This document shows positions 39,576-51,950 of a stretch of 64,000 bases of DNA, piece after piece (the first letter of the stretch is position 1; each line of letters starts with the position of its first letter). The DNA comes from Ylistrum balloti (lineage: Eukaryota). The stretch lies in NCBI RefSeq assembly GCF_031769215.1, contig NW_026782091.1, positions 992,001 through 1,056,000 on the forward strand, given 5' to 3'. The notes beneath the pieces were generated by a model, which was not told the origin of the DNA, ran no database searches, and saw only the letters and a program-made list of their open reading frames with translations. The position numbers and the translations under genes are program-made.

Positions 39576-41501
39576 ATATACCAATACATCAAAAGTTATT
39601 GTTTTACCTGTTGTAAAAAATGACATGCGCAAGTCTAGTATATATAGTGTAATCTGTTATATCAGGCCTTTATAATTGATAAAGTGTTGTCGGTACCTTC
39701 GCGCTGATATCTAGTAGTGTCCATTAGACGTATTAATTTTTTGCCATCCGGTAGGGCAACGAGGTAGGCTGTCAGACAGAGATCCACGATCGGAATATTA
39801 TCAAATTTCCTCAAATTCTACACATAATTGAAATTGTTTTGTTAGCAAGTCTTAGTGTACAGGCACTCATTACATATATTGGACTTTAAATGATCCTTTT
39901 TTTTCTATGCAATGGATCATCTAAAATTATGTAATTGTACATGGCTGTCCTCTTCAGACCACAAACAATACAGCTGCTACATAGGACCGCATACAACGAT
40001 ACATTTACTTCTATATACAAACATACTGCACTAACTACATTGTTAAGACTGTTTTCTGTGTTGTGCACCGTACGCGTAGGTACGCACTTCGTATCCATGT
40101 ACATGAATCTATAGATATCTAGATTTATATTCCAACTCAATATACACAATTTATTATATTTACCTGGTTTGTGTCAAATATTATGATTTTTTCGGGGGTA
40201 AATACTAAAATACCCACTCTAGTTTATATGTACATCTATATAATATAAAGTGAGCATGTATATCATGCATATTATGTCGATATGTACCGCATATTTTGTA
40301 TATCTGTTTAATATTCTTTTGTTTTCTTCGTCACTGGAGGCAATAAGGAGAATAATGGAAGATCTTATAACACATATCCCAAGCAGTATTTTGCGCCGAT
40401 GAACGACAAACAAACTCCCGATAGATATACCGCTGTACTCCCTTTCATATATATCATTCTTTCGGCTTTAGGAATACTCGCTTTATGAACTCGGATCCCC
40501 AGTATCCGTATTTATAATATAAGCAATAAATTATCGTAAGAATGACATTAAAATGCAAAAGATCAAATAAATTCAATAAAAACAATAGCTGTACAAAGTC
40601 GTAATGACATACTGGTAAAACACTGGCAACATGTACAAGATATTGTGGGGTCCGTGACAATTATTATGTAGACTTCAGACTGCGAGAGGAAAGGTAACGT
40701 GTTCTAGTGTTTCAGTATACTTTAGTTAACATGTTGGTAGGTGTCTAATTTATAGGCTAAATTCTAGTCCTGTTTATAAAAAAACGACGACCATCGATCT
40801 TTTTTAAGATGGTTCATCGAAAGGTTGATGGTCCCAAAATCATTTTGGACAGTTTTTGGTTTCCATTCATTTCCTTATTTTCGTAAAGAAGGAAAAATCA
40901 TAAAAATGAAAAAATATATTGACCACAATTAAGCTACCATAACCAGAATATTTCGATGCCATTAAATAATGACACTAGGGAGGAGATTTATATTCCTGCT
41001 GTAATTACCCATTGCAATGATGAGGGTCAATGCAGAGTGCTAATATCGTTTCAAACTTATCAGGGCGCATCGGTGTTTGAAATACTATCAACACGAAAAA
41101 AAGTAAGAATACAAAACATATAATACTGAGGGAATAACGATTTATTGTATAAACAGAATTATTACCGTTCTCACCTCCATTTTATAATTTGCGGCTTTCA
41201 GCATATGTGTTTCGGTGATACAATGTTCGATTCTTCCCCATTTAAAACATTTTTTCCAAATTACGCATCACGCATTCTTTTGAGTGTTATATTATATGGA
41301 AGGTCTTAAGTATTGTGCGGTAATCATTCTTCGTGGGGATTTATTTTCGTTGACGTCTTAGGTACTCTTAATTCGCGAATTCATTTATCCCTGAATTGTT
41401 GAAATTAACATCGGTAAATTTATCAAAAACCATGGAAATTGGGCCACACATAAAATAGATCATTTTACTGTATGTGTGACAATTTAGCATATCCTGATTA
41501 A

Positions 41502-44500
41502 ATGACGATGACTACGGGGAGAGATGAAGAAGATGTTCATCTGTCCGCATTAATAGAGTCAGACAAAGAAGATGGAGATAGAATAGTATGGTCCAAAAAA
41601 ATTGAAGGCATGTTTTCCTTTCTGGGACTGTGTGTGGGACTAGGAAATCTGTGGAGGTTTCCTTACCTATGTATGCGAAATGGAGGTGGTAAGTCTTTGA
41701 TTTTTCATGTCCAAACGATCAGATAAGATTATCGATAGATACTTTCTGCTTAAATCAAACATCATGCTAAGTTGTATAGCCGTTTTAAAGGAGACGATTG
41801 AATTGGGAAAGACTTTTCTTATTTGATATACTTATCCACGTGTTTCCCCCTTGCTAGTTGACATCATACAGCAAAAGTATTTTTCCTCAGTCAACCATAC
41901 ATTAAAGGACAATCTCCAACACTGTAAGCTTTCAATAAATCCTTGACAGTATCATATTTTAAAAGAATTTTGGAAGGAGAAGCATATTTACCTTTCCAAT
42001 TTTTTATTTTATTGTCATGGATCTGGTAAAAGTGCATTTCTTATTTATACATCGTGTATAAAACGAATTGATGCGCAATGTCACTTTCAGAAATATCCAA
42101 GATATGTCGCAAGAAAATGTTTAATGTCTCAACGGATTAAACACATCGGAATATTTAACTGTATTTCCATTGTCCAATCGTGTTGATGTTTCGTTAATAC
42201 ATTTGAAAGTTTTGCCTCATACTCGCACTCTGTTTTAATACCGTTCATCATCACCAATGTTCATTAATCTTAAACAAGATTTATATTTTCAAATATTTGT
42301 TTCTTGTCCTGCTTGTCTTTACAGGGGCGTTCCTTATTCCATTCTTGCTTTGCTTGCTTTTCTGTGGTTTCCCGTTGTTTTTCTTGGAAGTGAGTTTAGC
42401 TCAGTTCACAGGCAAAGACGCACTGCACACCTGGGAAGTCTGTCCAATTTTCCGAGGTTACTCTTAATACATTTAAAGTCAATTTGCTCCAAATCATAGA
42501 GAAAATACCGCCATGTCAACAAAAGTTAGCAAAATATCAATGACACGTTAACATTAAAATTCGTGAAAAAAAAATTCATTGATAATGGGTTCAGGAGGGA
42601 TACGCGTCTTCTGTTTCATCGGCAACACCCGATACGTATATTAATGTAAGTAAGTAACATTACGTCCTCTATTGAGAACAATGCTAAGGCGTTCTAAGCT
42701 TAAAGTCAAAAAACAAAATCATGCTAAAGGTTCCTCGAAATACGATTTATGTAAAAGTATCGAAAAGTACACCCGGCACTGTTAACGCTATCCTTTGTTT
42801 GGTTAGGTGTTGGACACGGAATGGTCATTGCCACTTTTGTGATGACATTTTACTACAACGCTAATACAGCATGGATCATGTTTTACCTCGGGAACTCCTT
42901 CATTACCCCTCTTCCTTGGAGAAGCTGTGACAATGACTGGAACACAGATTTCTGTGTTAGTTCAAGGTCATTCAACGCATCAGAATCTGCGACAAACTTC
43001 ACACGTGGCAATTTGTATGACGAGACCAGATTGATGACAGAAAACATTAGTCATCAGCAAAATTCCAATGTGACTTTTCCAGATGAGCTTATCAAACATA
43101 AATATGTTACAGCTGAAGAGGAATTCTGGCAGTAAGTTAGTGTGACAATTGAACAGTTTCGTTCTTGTAATTCAAAAGTGCGTCCAAAACAGCTAAATAA
43201 AGAAAAGTGATCGATAATGACAAGATTCCAAGAAAATTACTGAACAATTGATGAAGTACGTTAACCGAACAGGAGAAATTTTAAATGGTCCTATTACGGT
43301 TTTGATTGTTTTTTCTGATATGCTATACTTTCAAACATCTTTATGTTACATTTTTGCTACATATCAATAATAATGATTAAATATGTGTTTGTATAATAAC
43401 ACGAATGTTTATGATTTGAGCGACTATAGTACAACTTCTCTGAGTAAATTAGAAGACCGGGCTACACAGGGACATAGGGCAAGATTTACTTTCCGAAATA
43501 TACGTTATCTAATTTCAATTTAAGTTGTCCGGAGTTATCTCCCTTTTTTAAGATGCCAGTCTTTGAAACCGATTCACATGGGTCTTAAAATCGGCGTAGT
43601 AGGTGAAATATCACGATGGTTGTGAACTATTTTCCGTTTTACTGATTAAAAAACACCAAGGATGGACACGACGACATTTTAAATATAATAATAATATAGA
43701 AAACGTCATCAATCAAACTATAACATTGTGCATCAAACTGTATATTTGTTTGTGTTTGGTTACAGGTATAGAACCCTCGAGATATCTAAGGGGATAGACG
43801 TCCTTGGTCACATACCATGGCACTTAGCTGTCTGTTTCCTCGCTGCGTGGACGTTGGTGACTCTGTGTCTGATAAAGGGAGTGAAATCCATGGGGAAGGT
43901 AAATCAAGGTCCATTTGGCATGTTACAGATGATCCTATGTGTTATGAATGGTGCATTAGTTTGGTATGAAATTGTGGAGCATTTCATTTAACAATTCCTT
44001 TTTATTTCAGTTATTAAAAAAATCAAAAGCGTCAAAGTTGGCCACATAATAATGATATTTCATTTTCTATCTTTTCACCCTCACTTTCGTTTGTTATCGT
44101 AAGTATTTTGCATACACCTCAATATATTCAATATTACAGACTAACATCCTTATTTTTTAGACGTAGATACATTGTTTGTATTACTTAATTTGATCATACT
44201 CGAAAATTAGTGAGCGATTTTAGAAGTTATAAATAAGGTATTTGATTCGCATTCTTCAGCCATTTCTTCTTAGTACACAACCTCTACCTGATTGTTTAAA
44301 ATAGGTATGCAATGGCACAAATCTTTCAAATTTAATTACTTTCATTAGAGCAAGCAAACATGAATAAGGCGTTTTACTAACATTATAGCAACGCTTAACT
44401 AAGCGAACTAGCAGCAGTAATACTGTGAATGTCATGCGCCACAAAAATATATTCAGATTAAGATTAAAAGGAATTATATCCATAAAAATGTAAAATTGAC

Positions 44501-47500
44501 GAATTTCTTTGCTCTGTTGACGTACTCAAAGAACACTATAGAGAGTAAAGTAATCAATCACGTGATAAAAAGTCTTCACATATTTCTTGATGTAATACCT
44601 GATCAGATATTCCATTATTTACTTACAGCTAAGGTGTACTACAGGGGTGAGGACTTTGTGTGATTCTTATTTTGTTGTGTATACATAGTACAATTCAATT
44701 GACCTAGATAAGCTATGATGACATTATAATTCCTGTTACAAATTATACGTAATGATATTATTATTAGAAAAGAACTATTAAAGTAAATCAATTAGCTATA
44801 CAGAGATAGGTATTGATAATAGAACAATGAATAATGATATAATTTACATCCTGAATTACTCATTATTTACAGGTAGTGTATCTGACTGCAACGTTGCCAT
44901 ATGTACTATTGACGGTTATCCTGATACGAGCCAGTTTTCTTCCTGGAGCTACAGATGGGATGTTATTCTTTTTAAGTCCCGATTTTGAGAAATTAAGACA
45001 ACCTCAGGTAGTTTTTAGTTATGTATATTTGATTAACACTATATCATAAAACTAAAGGCGAAAGAGTGTTAAAAATATACATTGATTGCGTTACTACCCT
45101 GTCATAAGTACAATCGTACAAAGTACATATTTTTTGTTATTACATATGTGTAATATGACCTAGGTGACTTTTGATTGACTATCGTTCCTATTGCGACGTC
45201 ATAACGTCACAAAAGTAGCACATGTACACTGAGAATATCGAAAATTTTAGGATCTATGTTAAGTGACAGACAGAAAGTCGATTCCATTTTCTCGATAGAG
45301 GCTCAGGTGAAAAGGAAAATTTTCAGTCTCTATGAAAATAAATCATGTAAGATCATCTACTTGTATCTGTATGATGTCACATGCTGACGGACAAAGAATA
45401 GCGCTAATCACGGCTGCACAGGGTTATGTGCGTGTTTTATTTTAACTTTCATGTGCGTTTTAAATAGGAGGAATGAATAAAAAGTACAATGAACAATGTT
45501 AACATCCTTTTTAGGTTTGGGTAGAAGCTGCTTTACAAGTGTTTTACTCCCTTTGTCCGGCCTGGGGACAACTGATGACAATGGCTAGTTACAACAAGTT
45601 CCATAACAATTGTTACAGGTATATAATGTATCACAATTAAAATTTTGCGATAAGACTATCTCAGGAGATATATTACAGTTTACTAAATCCGTCATTTCAT
45701 CTTTTGGTTTTCACTTGCTCAACTGATTTGAGGTAAAATTGTGAATTAGCTTAAGAAAATTGGTAGTGACATTCGAAACGTTTGCGACTTTTTAAGGGAC
45801 TCCATTATTCTTACCATCCTTGGGGAAGGTACCAGTATATACGGCGGGTTTGTGGTGTTTGCTGTGATTGGATACATGGCTCACGACGCCAATTTGCCTA
45901 TAGCTAGTGTAGTGAAATCAGGTAAGGGACATTATATTCATCGTGAAATATTTTCTTCTCTTTTGTGCGTAGAATTTCGTTAAGTACGTCAATTGTTAGT
46001 AACAGTGTTCGGCTTTAGATGATATTGTGAACGACTTAAAATCCAGCCCCAGTTAATGCTTAATCATACTTGAGTGGATTTATTTATTTGACTTCGTGTA
46101 TATCTTCAACAGCTACTACAATATAATATATTTTTAAGGGGCCCAATTTTCGTGGGTTTTTTTAAGTCCTATTTCAGGGACATTTCAGTTCGCCGAAATA
46201 TATAGCATAATAGATCTTCTTATGCTAATTTTAAAAATTCGTGGAAAAGGGAAATCGTGGATTAAGAATTTACAGTACTTCGATAGTATTTAACATATAC
46301 GAAGAAACGTTATTTTATCTGGCTACTACGAAATCAGCAAACATTTTTCCCACGAAGGTTTATTGTATATTACTGAGTCTACAAATAAAAACAATAGTTA
46401 TTTCATTTGACTTTATCTGACAGTGCTAAGTCTCCACCATGATGCTGTTTTTGAAATAACGAGCACACACTTTTCAATATGTTGTGGTCGTTTTTCTTTA
46501 GGGCCTGGTTTAGGGTTTGTGGTATATCCAGAAGCTCTATCTAAACTACCTCTTCCAAACCTATGGGCCGTGTTGTTCTTCCTAATGTTGCTTTCTGTGG
46601 CTTTGGATAGTCAGGTACGTCAGATATCTGTTTTTTATTATCTTTATCAATGTATTAATATTGATAATGATAGTTTAAGTATATATTTGCACTACTAAAT
46701 GGATTATGCATACTCGGATACTGTTTTATGCAAATCAGTTTTCGTGAGATATATGTAACTATAGGACAGTTATGATAACGATATTGTTTTGATTGTTTTG
46801 TAATCACGTGATATTCTTTATATATAATGTTGATCTCATTCGCCTTACACTTTCTGTGGGGTTTTTTTTCTTCAGGTATAATGGTTTAGTTAATCTATTA
46901 TTAGCAATTTTTTCGAAAAAAAAATGTCTAAAAAGCAGCAGAAAGAAAATAAAAAACGTACAGAGAAGATTAAATAATTATATTTTTTCTGATCTCGAAA
47001 TAAAGATTTCATGCAACAAATATAATTTCTGAACTAAAATGTTTCCGTAAGACAGCTTTTGATGGTGTATTCATTAATTGTCCTATTTCGGATGTATGAC
47101 TTTTATTGTTGTAGTTTGCTTGCGTGGAAGTGGTGATAGCGGCAGTCATGAATCATTTTCAATCACTGCGGAAGAAGCAACTTGTAATGACCATTTGTGT
47201 ATCCATGGCCTTGTTCTTACTTGGACTATTCTTATGTACACAGGTTCGACATTTCTTATTTTTCTTAACGCTGTTTTGAAAGAAAATATCACAGTCGTGG
47301 TCTGTGTAGGAATATACTTTTTGAAACTGAAATACAATGGAAACACAATGTAATAATATTCCATCCTCAAAATTGTATAAATTATGTATATTAAACGTCA
47401 TCTATGAATATTTATAGGGGAAAAATTCCATACATTTCACAGTCACATACTTTTAATTTATACTACAGGCTGGGATATACGTCTACCAAATATTAGACTG

Positions 47501-49847
47501 GTATGTTGCGGTGACCTTACCCATCCTTGGTTTTATCGAGTGTATCATATTTGGATGGATATACGGTAAATACACTTTCTTTATTTTATGTATTTTCTTG
47601 TTATGCTTTTGTTTGTTTATTTGTTTGTTTTTTTTCTCGTTTCTTCTTCGTTTACTGGTAATCACATATCACATGCATAGACTTCCAAACTAAATCTAAA
47701 GTGAGTTTATCTTTTCAGGGGCCGAACGGTTTTCAAAAGATGTGAACATGATGCTTGGTCGTCAAATTCCTGTGTTTGTTCGGATATGCTGGTGTTTTAT
47801 AAACCCTATCGTACTTTTGGTATGCGTAAATTTTATATGACATTTAAAAACATTCCAACCAGGTTTTTTTAATCACGGAAAAGAAGTGAGAATCATACCA
47901 AATATGGTTACCCAGCCGTAAACATCTCTTCTCGTTAGAATTGTACATAATATTTTCAGAGCTTCAATGACTACTTCAAGTAACAACGTATTAACTATGT
48001 TTACAGAATTTTGTGATGTATCAATTAGTCAGTGATAAAGATAACATATACAAGAATACATTTCAGTATTTAGTAAATCACGAATCAATATTGTATTCAG
48101 GTCCTACATTTAAAGATGAACTGACAACAGGATAGGAATGGATGATCATAAGTATCCATTAATCATCATTATGGACTCTCGGGATTTTCACAATAACGGC
48201 ATGATTTCTCGCAACTTTTACATAAGGATCAAATAGTAATGTGGGCATTAGGCCATAGAAATAAAGCATGAATTGGATGACAGGTTGTCCTTTTTGTTCA
48301 GTTTATTATTTTTTCATTTTTTTTTGTTTTGTTTTTTGCTATTTTGTTTTTAAATCTACAACAATAATGTTAGAAATTTAAAAAAAAAATAAGAATTTAA
48401 AGTGCAATCAAACCGAAAAGATATTCCGTTATTAAGAAAAATAAAGAAGTAAGAGTACAAACGGACGAAATGACAGACAGAGGCAGATTTTTATAAATTA
48501 CTCCCAACTTTTGGCAACGGTGAACTTTAGAAAAAAATGTTTAGGTAAATATAAGTTAAGGTATTGACCCGGCCTGAACCGGAACGAAGGGATCTAACTC
48601 CAACAAACCCGACTTCTAATTTTTCAACGAAATTACGTTGATAATTTTATAGTATTAAGCTATTTCACGTGAAAACATTGAATGTTACATAATTTCAATT
48701 TATATAATTTACTCTCCAACATTTATGGAAACAACACTGACGTCATATGAAGCTACGATAGTAAGGTAACACATCTGCGCCAGAAGACTGCAAGGAACCA
48801 TTCCGTACCGATGAATCCGGGTTTTTTATTTACTTTTTCCGCATAGGGACGTAATTACTGGACTAAGCTGTAGAAAGAAATGTTAAGACAATGTATAGAA
48901 ATAATAGCACTTAACTGATATTACCTAATTTGAAAAAAAAATGTTAATGACTATCAATCAATTTTCATCAATTCTCACTCATTTAGACTGAAAGAATGAT
49001 TGCATTTTGTGTTCTTACATATATTTTCAGGTACTATTTGTGTTCACATTTGTATCATATGAGCCCCCAACATACGGAGACTATGTGTACCCATCTTACG
49101 CTAATATCATTGGATGGTTGATAGGAATGCTTCCCATAGTACCCGTGGTTTTGGTTGGAATCATGACCGTCTTGAAAACCCCTGGACAGTCAGTGTTCGA
49201 GGTACGGTTTCTATGTATACTGTCAACAGGCAAAAAAAAGTCTTTATCGACATACCTACTTTAATAGAATCTTCCTGGTCAGACGTGTGTTTTGAAAGTT
49301 TCACTTGGCTCTAACACAAGATGTCTGAAATTTGGATCCACATGTGTCTATTGTGGGGCAAGAGCAAGTTCTTGCGTGTTTGTTTTGTTTTGTTTATGTT
49401 TTTGTTTTTGTTTTTTTTTTGACAAACCCACAAAGGCCTACATGTGACACAGCTTTTCATTTCATCTCGGCCTTGGCGTTCACATATCAATTTCCTCCTG
49501 AGATTTTCTTTTAAAATCTTCGAATAAAATAAAAACAAATATCGAATCGTTATTTAAGTAGGAAGGTCAGCTCTGTTTCCTCTCAGAAATGAATTTCCAT
49601 ATCTTAAAGATTACAAATGGGAGCCTGAAGTTGGTTCCCAGCTTTTTATTTGTTGAATATATACAATTATTCTCGTGCAAAATGTAACACAATCTGTTCT
49701 TCATTTCAGAAATTTAAAGCGTCTTTCAAACCCTCACCATACTGGAAACCGATATCTAAAAAGCATGCGATGGACTATCACATTGACAACAGCGCGGCGT
49801 CACTCGGACTCTTGGAACAGATGAAACTAAATATTTTGGGGAAATAG
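41502..49847 (+). CDS. SLC6 (NSS) Na+-dependent amino-acid transporter, GlyT/PROT/ATB0,+-like, copy B; 13 coding exons, 629 aa, intact
   Basis: Exons (+): 41502-41688, 42325-42456, 42807-43131, 43766-43898, 44873-45007, 45515-45618, 45797-45921, 46502-46614, 47115-47243, 47469-47565, 47719-47819, 49031-49201, 49710-49847. Total 1890 nt, open frame, GT-AG introns. Exon sizes equal copy A except exon 1 (+3 nt). Same SLC6 motifs as copy A. Confidence 0.93.
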
Positions 49848-51699
49848 TGACTGCAGTTCTCGAAATGGCTCAACAGAAATTTGCCAACGGTTTACTAAAA
49901 TGATTTCGAGCAGTTTAAATTGATTTTGTCCTAAAACGGAAACCGGATTGACGACAACAAATATACTAGAGATAGTAACTGTATATGATACATTACTCCT
50001 CACGTTGCACTTCGGATCAGAATATTTGATATATAGTATTTATCAAACCATTCCATTTGCATGTACCTCTACGTTAAAGTGTACCTTGAGTGAATATAGA
50101 AACGAACACAGACTTATTCCTTATGATCCATAATTTTAATATGGAGATGTTGGCGTGTAAAGTGTACGATTTTCACCTGTCCTACTCCTAATTAGCCAAA
50201 AGGTGTCTCGCGCTGAATGGGACGCTATCGGCTATGACGTCACAAGTACAACGACTGGTAGCAGATGCCTTGGTCAGAATAGTCGAGATCGAAAATAGCT
50301 ACGTTATGCAACATCAGATTTCAAATGAATGTTTTATAGTTTGTTATAATATGTTTAATCTGTCTCTGTCGACACTTCCAGACAAACAACAACATAATAT
50401 CGTTTCGTGCTATGAGAAATAATAGTATGCATGTGTAAGCTGTTTGCTTGTAATATAGTAATACCGACAACCCGACTACATAGAGTAATGAATGGTCAGA
50501 TATTATAAAACGTGTGTATGTTTATTCTCAGAAATTACATTTAATTTATTGCTCACGTGCTGATGTGAAAATTATATCTGCGTGTTATCCAGAATGATGC
50601 AAAAACAGTTTTCCTATAATGTTACTGAAAGGTGAAATAAAACGAATTGATTTAAGAAAAATAGCATTCATAATCTTGTTCAAATTTTCGTAATTTGATG
50701 GGTTTGGAGTATCTGGCATTTGTGCAAGTATGCAACGAGTTTTTTTCATCTGTGGACCACCTTTCACTTCAGGCTGGTTTTTTTTTCAAATCACCATTCG
50801 TCCCTGGTACATGTATATAACTCGGGTGGTCATTTTTAATTAAGGAGCAGGGAAATTTTTTTTCTGCGTCTTTGGATATAAAAGTAAGTATTCAAGTTAC
50901 GTTTTACAACCCGAAATTCGTTCAAGTCCTTTCTGTGGACATCAAAGTGTCGTCATAATAAAAACAATGAATCTACATTGGGATGCTTTTCAAAAATATT
51001 TTGACCATAGGTGGATGAGCGATTTTGTCTCAACTCTTTTTCTTCTTCCAAATCGCACTTCCTGTATAGACCTTTTTTTAAAACAAAACCAATTTCCTCA
51101 CAACAAATAAATATGTAATTTCTTATATGTATTTGACATTGATCTTAATAGTATTGACGCTGTAAATGTACGAAATGAAGTTTGGGATATGTAAACGTAC
51201 ATATGTAAACCATGCAGTGTTTAGAATCAGGGTGGATTGCTACTGATCATCCAATCCAGGGATACATACTGAGACTTTGGAGGTCTGGAGTCTCCTTTTC
51301 TGTGCCCCATCCCAAACTTTGACCCAGTTAAATAGTTCACATACACATAGTGAAAGTGGTATTGCGTACTATTCGCTACTATTACTTTGCATTTGAGTAA
51401 TTTCTGCTTTCAACAAACTCAATCAAACTGCCCAAGTCATTTCACATATGCAACATTTAATTACAAAGGCACTGTGCCCTACACCACAGACAATAGAATC
51501 ACAGACACCCCTCTTCTGGTCCGCCTTACCTTATTCATTTCGTTTCCTCTTCCGAACCAACATCATCTTCGAACATGGAACAAGAACAGGAAAACTACGA
51601 TTGCGCAATCATGTTACAAAACGGCCTCCCTGGCTGCCGTATCGAAGTTTTAACAAGGTCGAAAAATCACAACACTTTTTTGACTATCTTTCCTTAACA

Positions 51700-51950
51700 T
51701 TCACGTCAATATTTAGCTCAATGGCACCAGTGGAAGTGGAGAAGTTCAAAAATGTTTTTCACGATGGCGGCGATCTTGGATTTCAAACATACCGAAAAAT
51801 GACAACACTTGATCATGACCATCCCAAGATCATTTCATGCAAGTTTGAGCTCAATCCCATTGATAGAACTTGAGAAGTTTCAAATGTCGAAAGGTTACGT
51901 ATGGTGGACGACGGACGAATAACAATGGCTTCGGGTCAGATGACCTAAAA
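51700..51950 (+). mobile_element. Fragment of a common mollusc interspersed repeat (HINE-like 3' end)
   Basis: gatggcggcgatcttggattt ... atcatttcatgcaagtttgagc ... gacgacggacga ... ggtcagatgacctaaaa; recalled family pattern only. Confidence 0.4.

Larger units (their letters stand above)
27311..50345 (+). repeat. Right arm of the inverted segmental duplication (includes an 8.5-kb block absent from the left arm)
   Basis: See left arm. The inner boundary falls inside MCT exon 3; the outer boundary is about 500 bp past the SLC6 stop codon. Confidence 0.92.

Noticed and set aside
39166-39675. 169-aa hydrophobic repeat protein
   Set aside because: Fully explained by a stop-free 45-bp minisatellite; no independent evidence of coding.
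51387-51873. ORFs of 88 and 141 aa
   Set aside because: No recognisable domain, and the 3' part overlaps an interspersed repeat.
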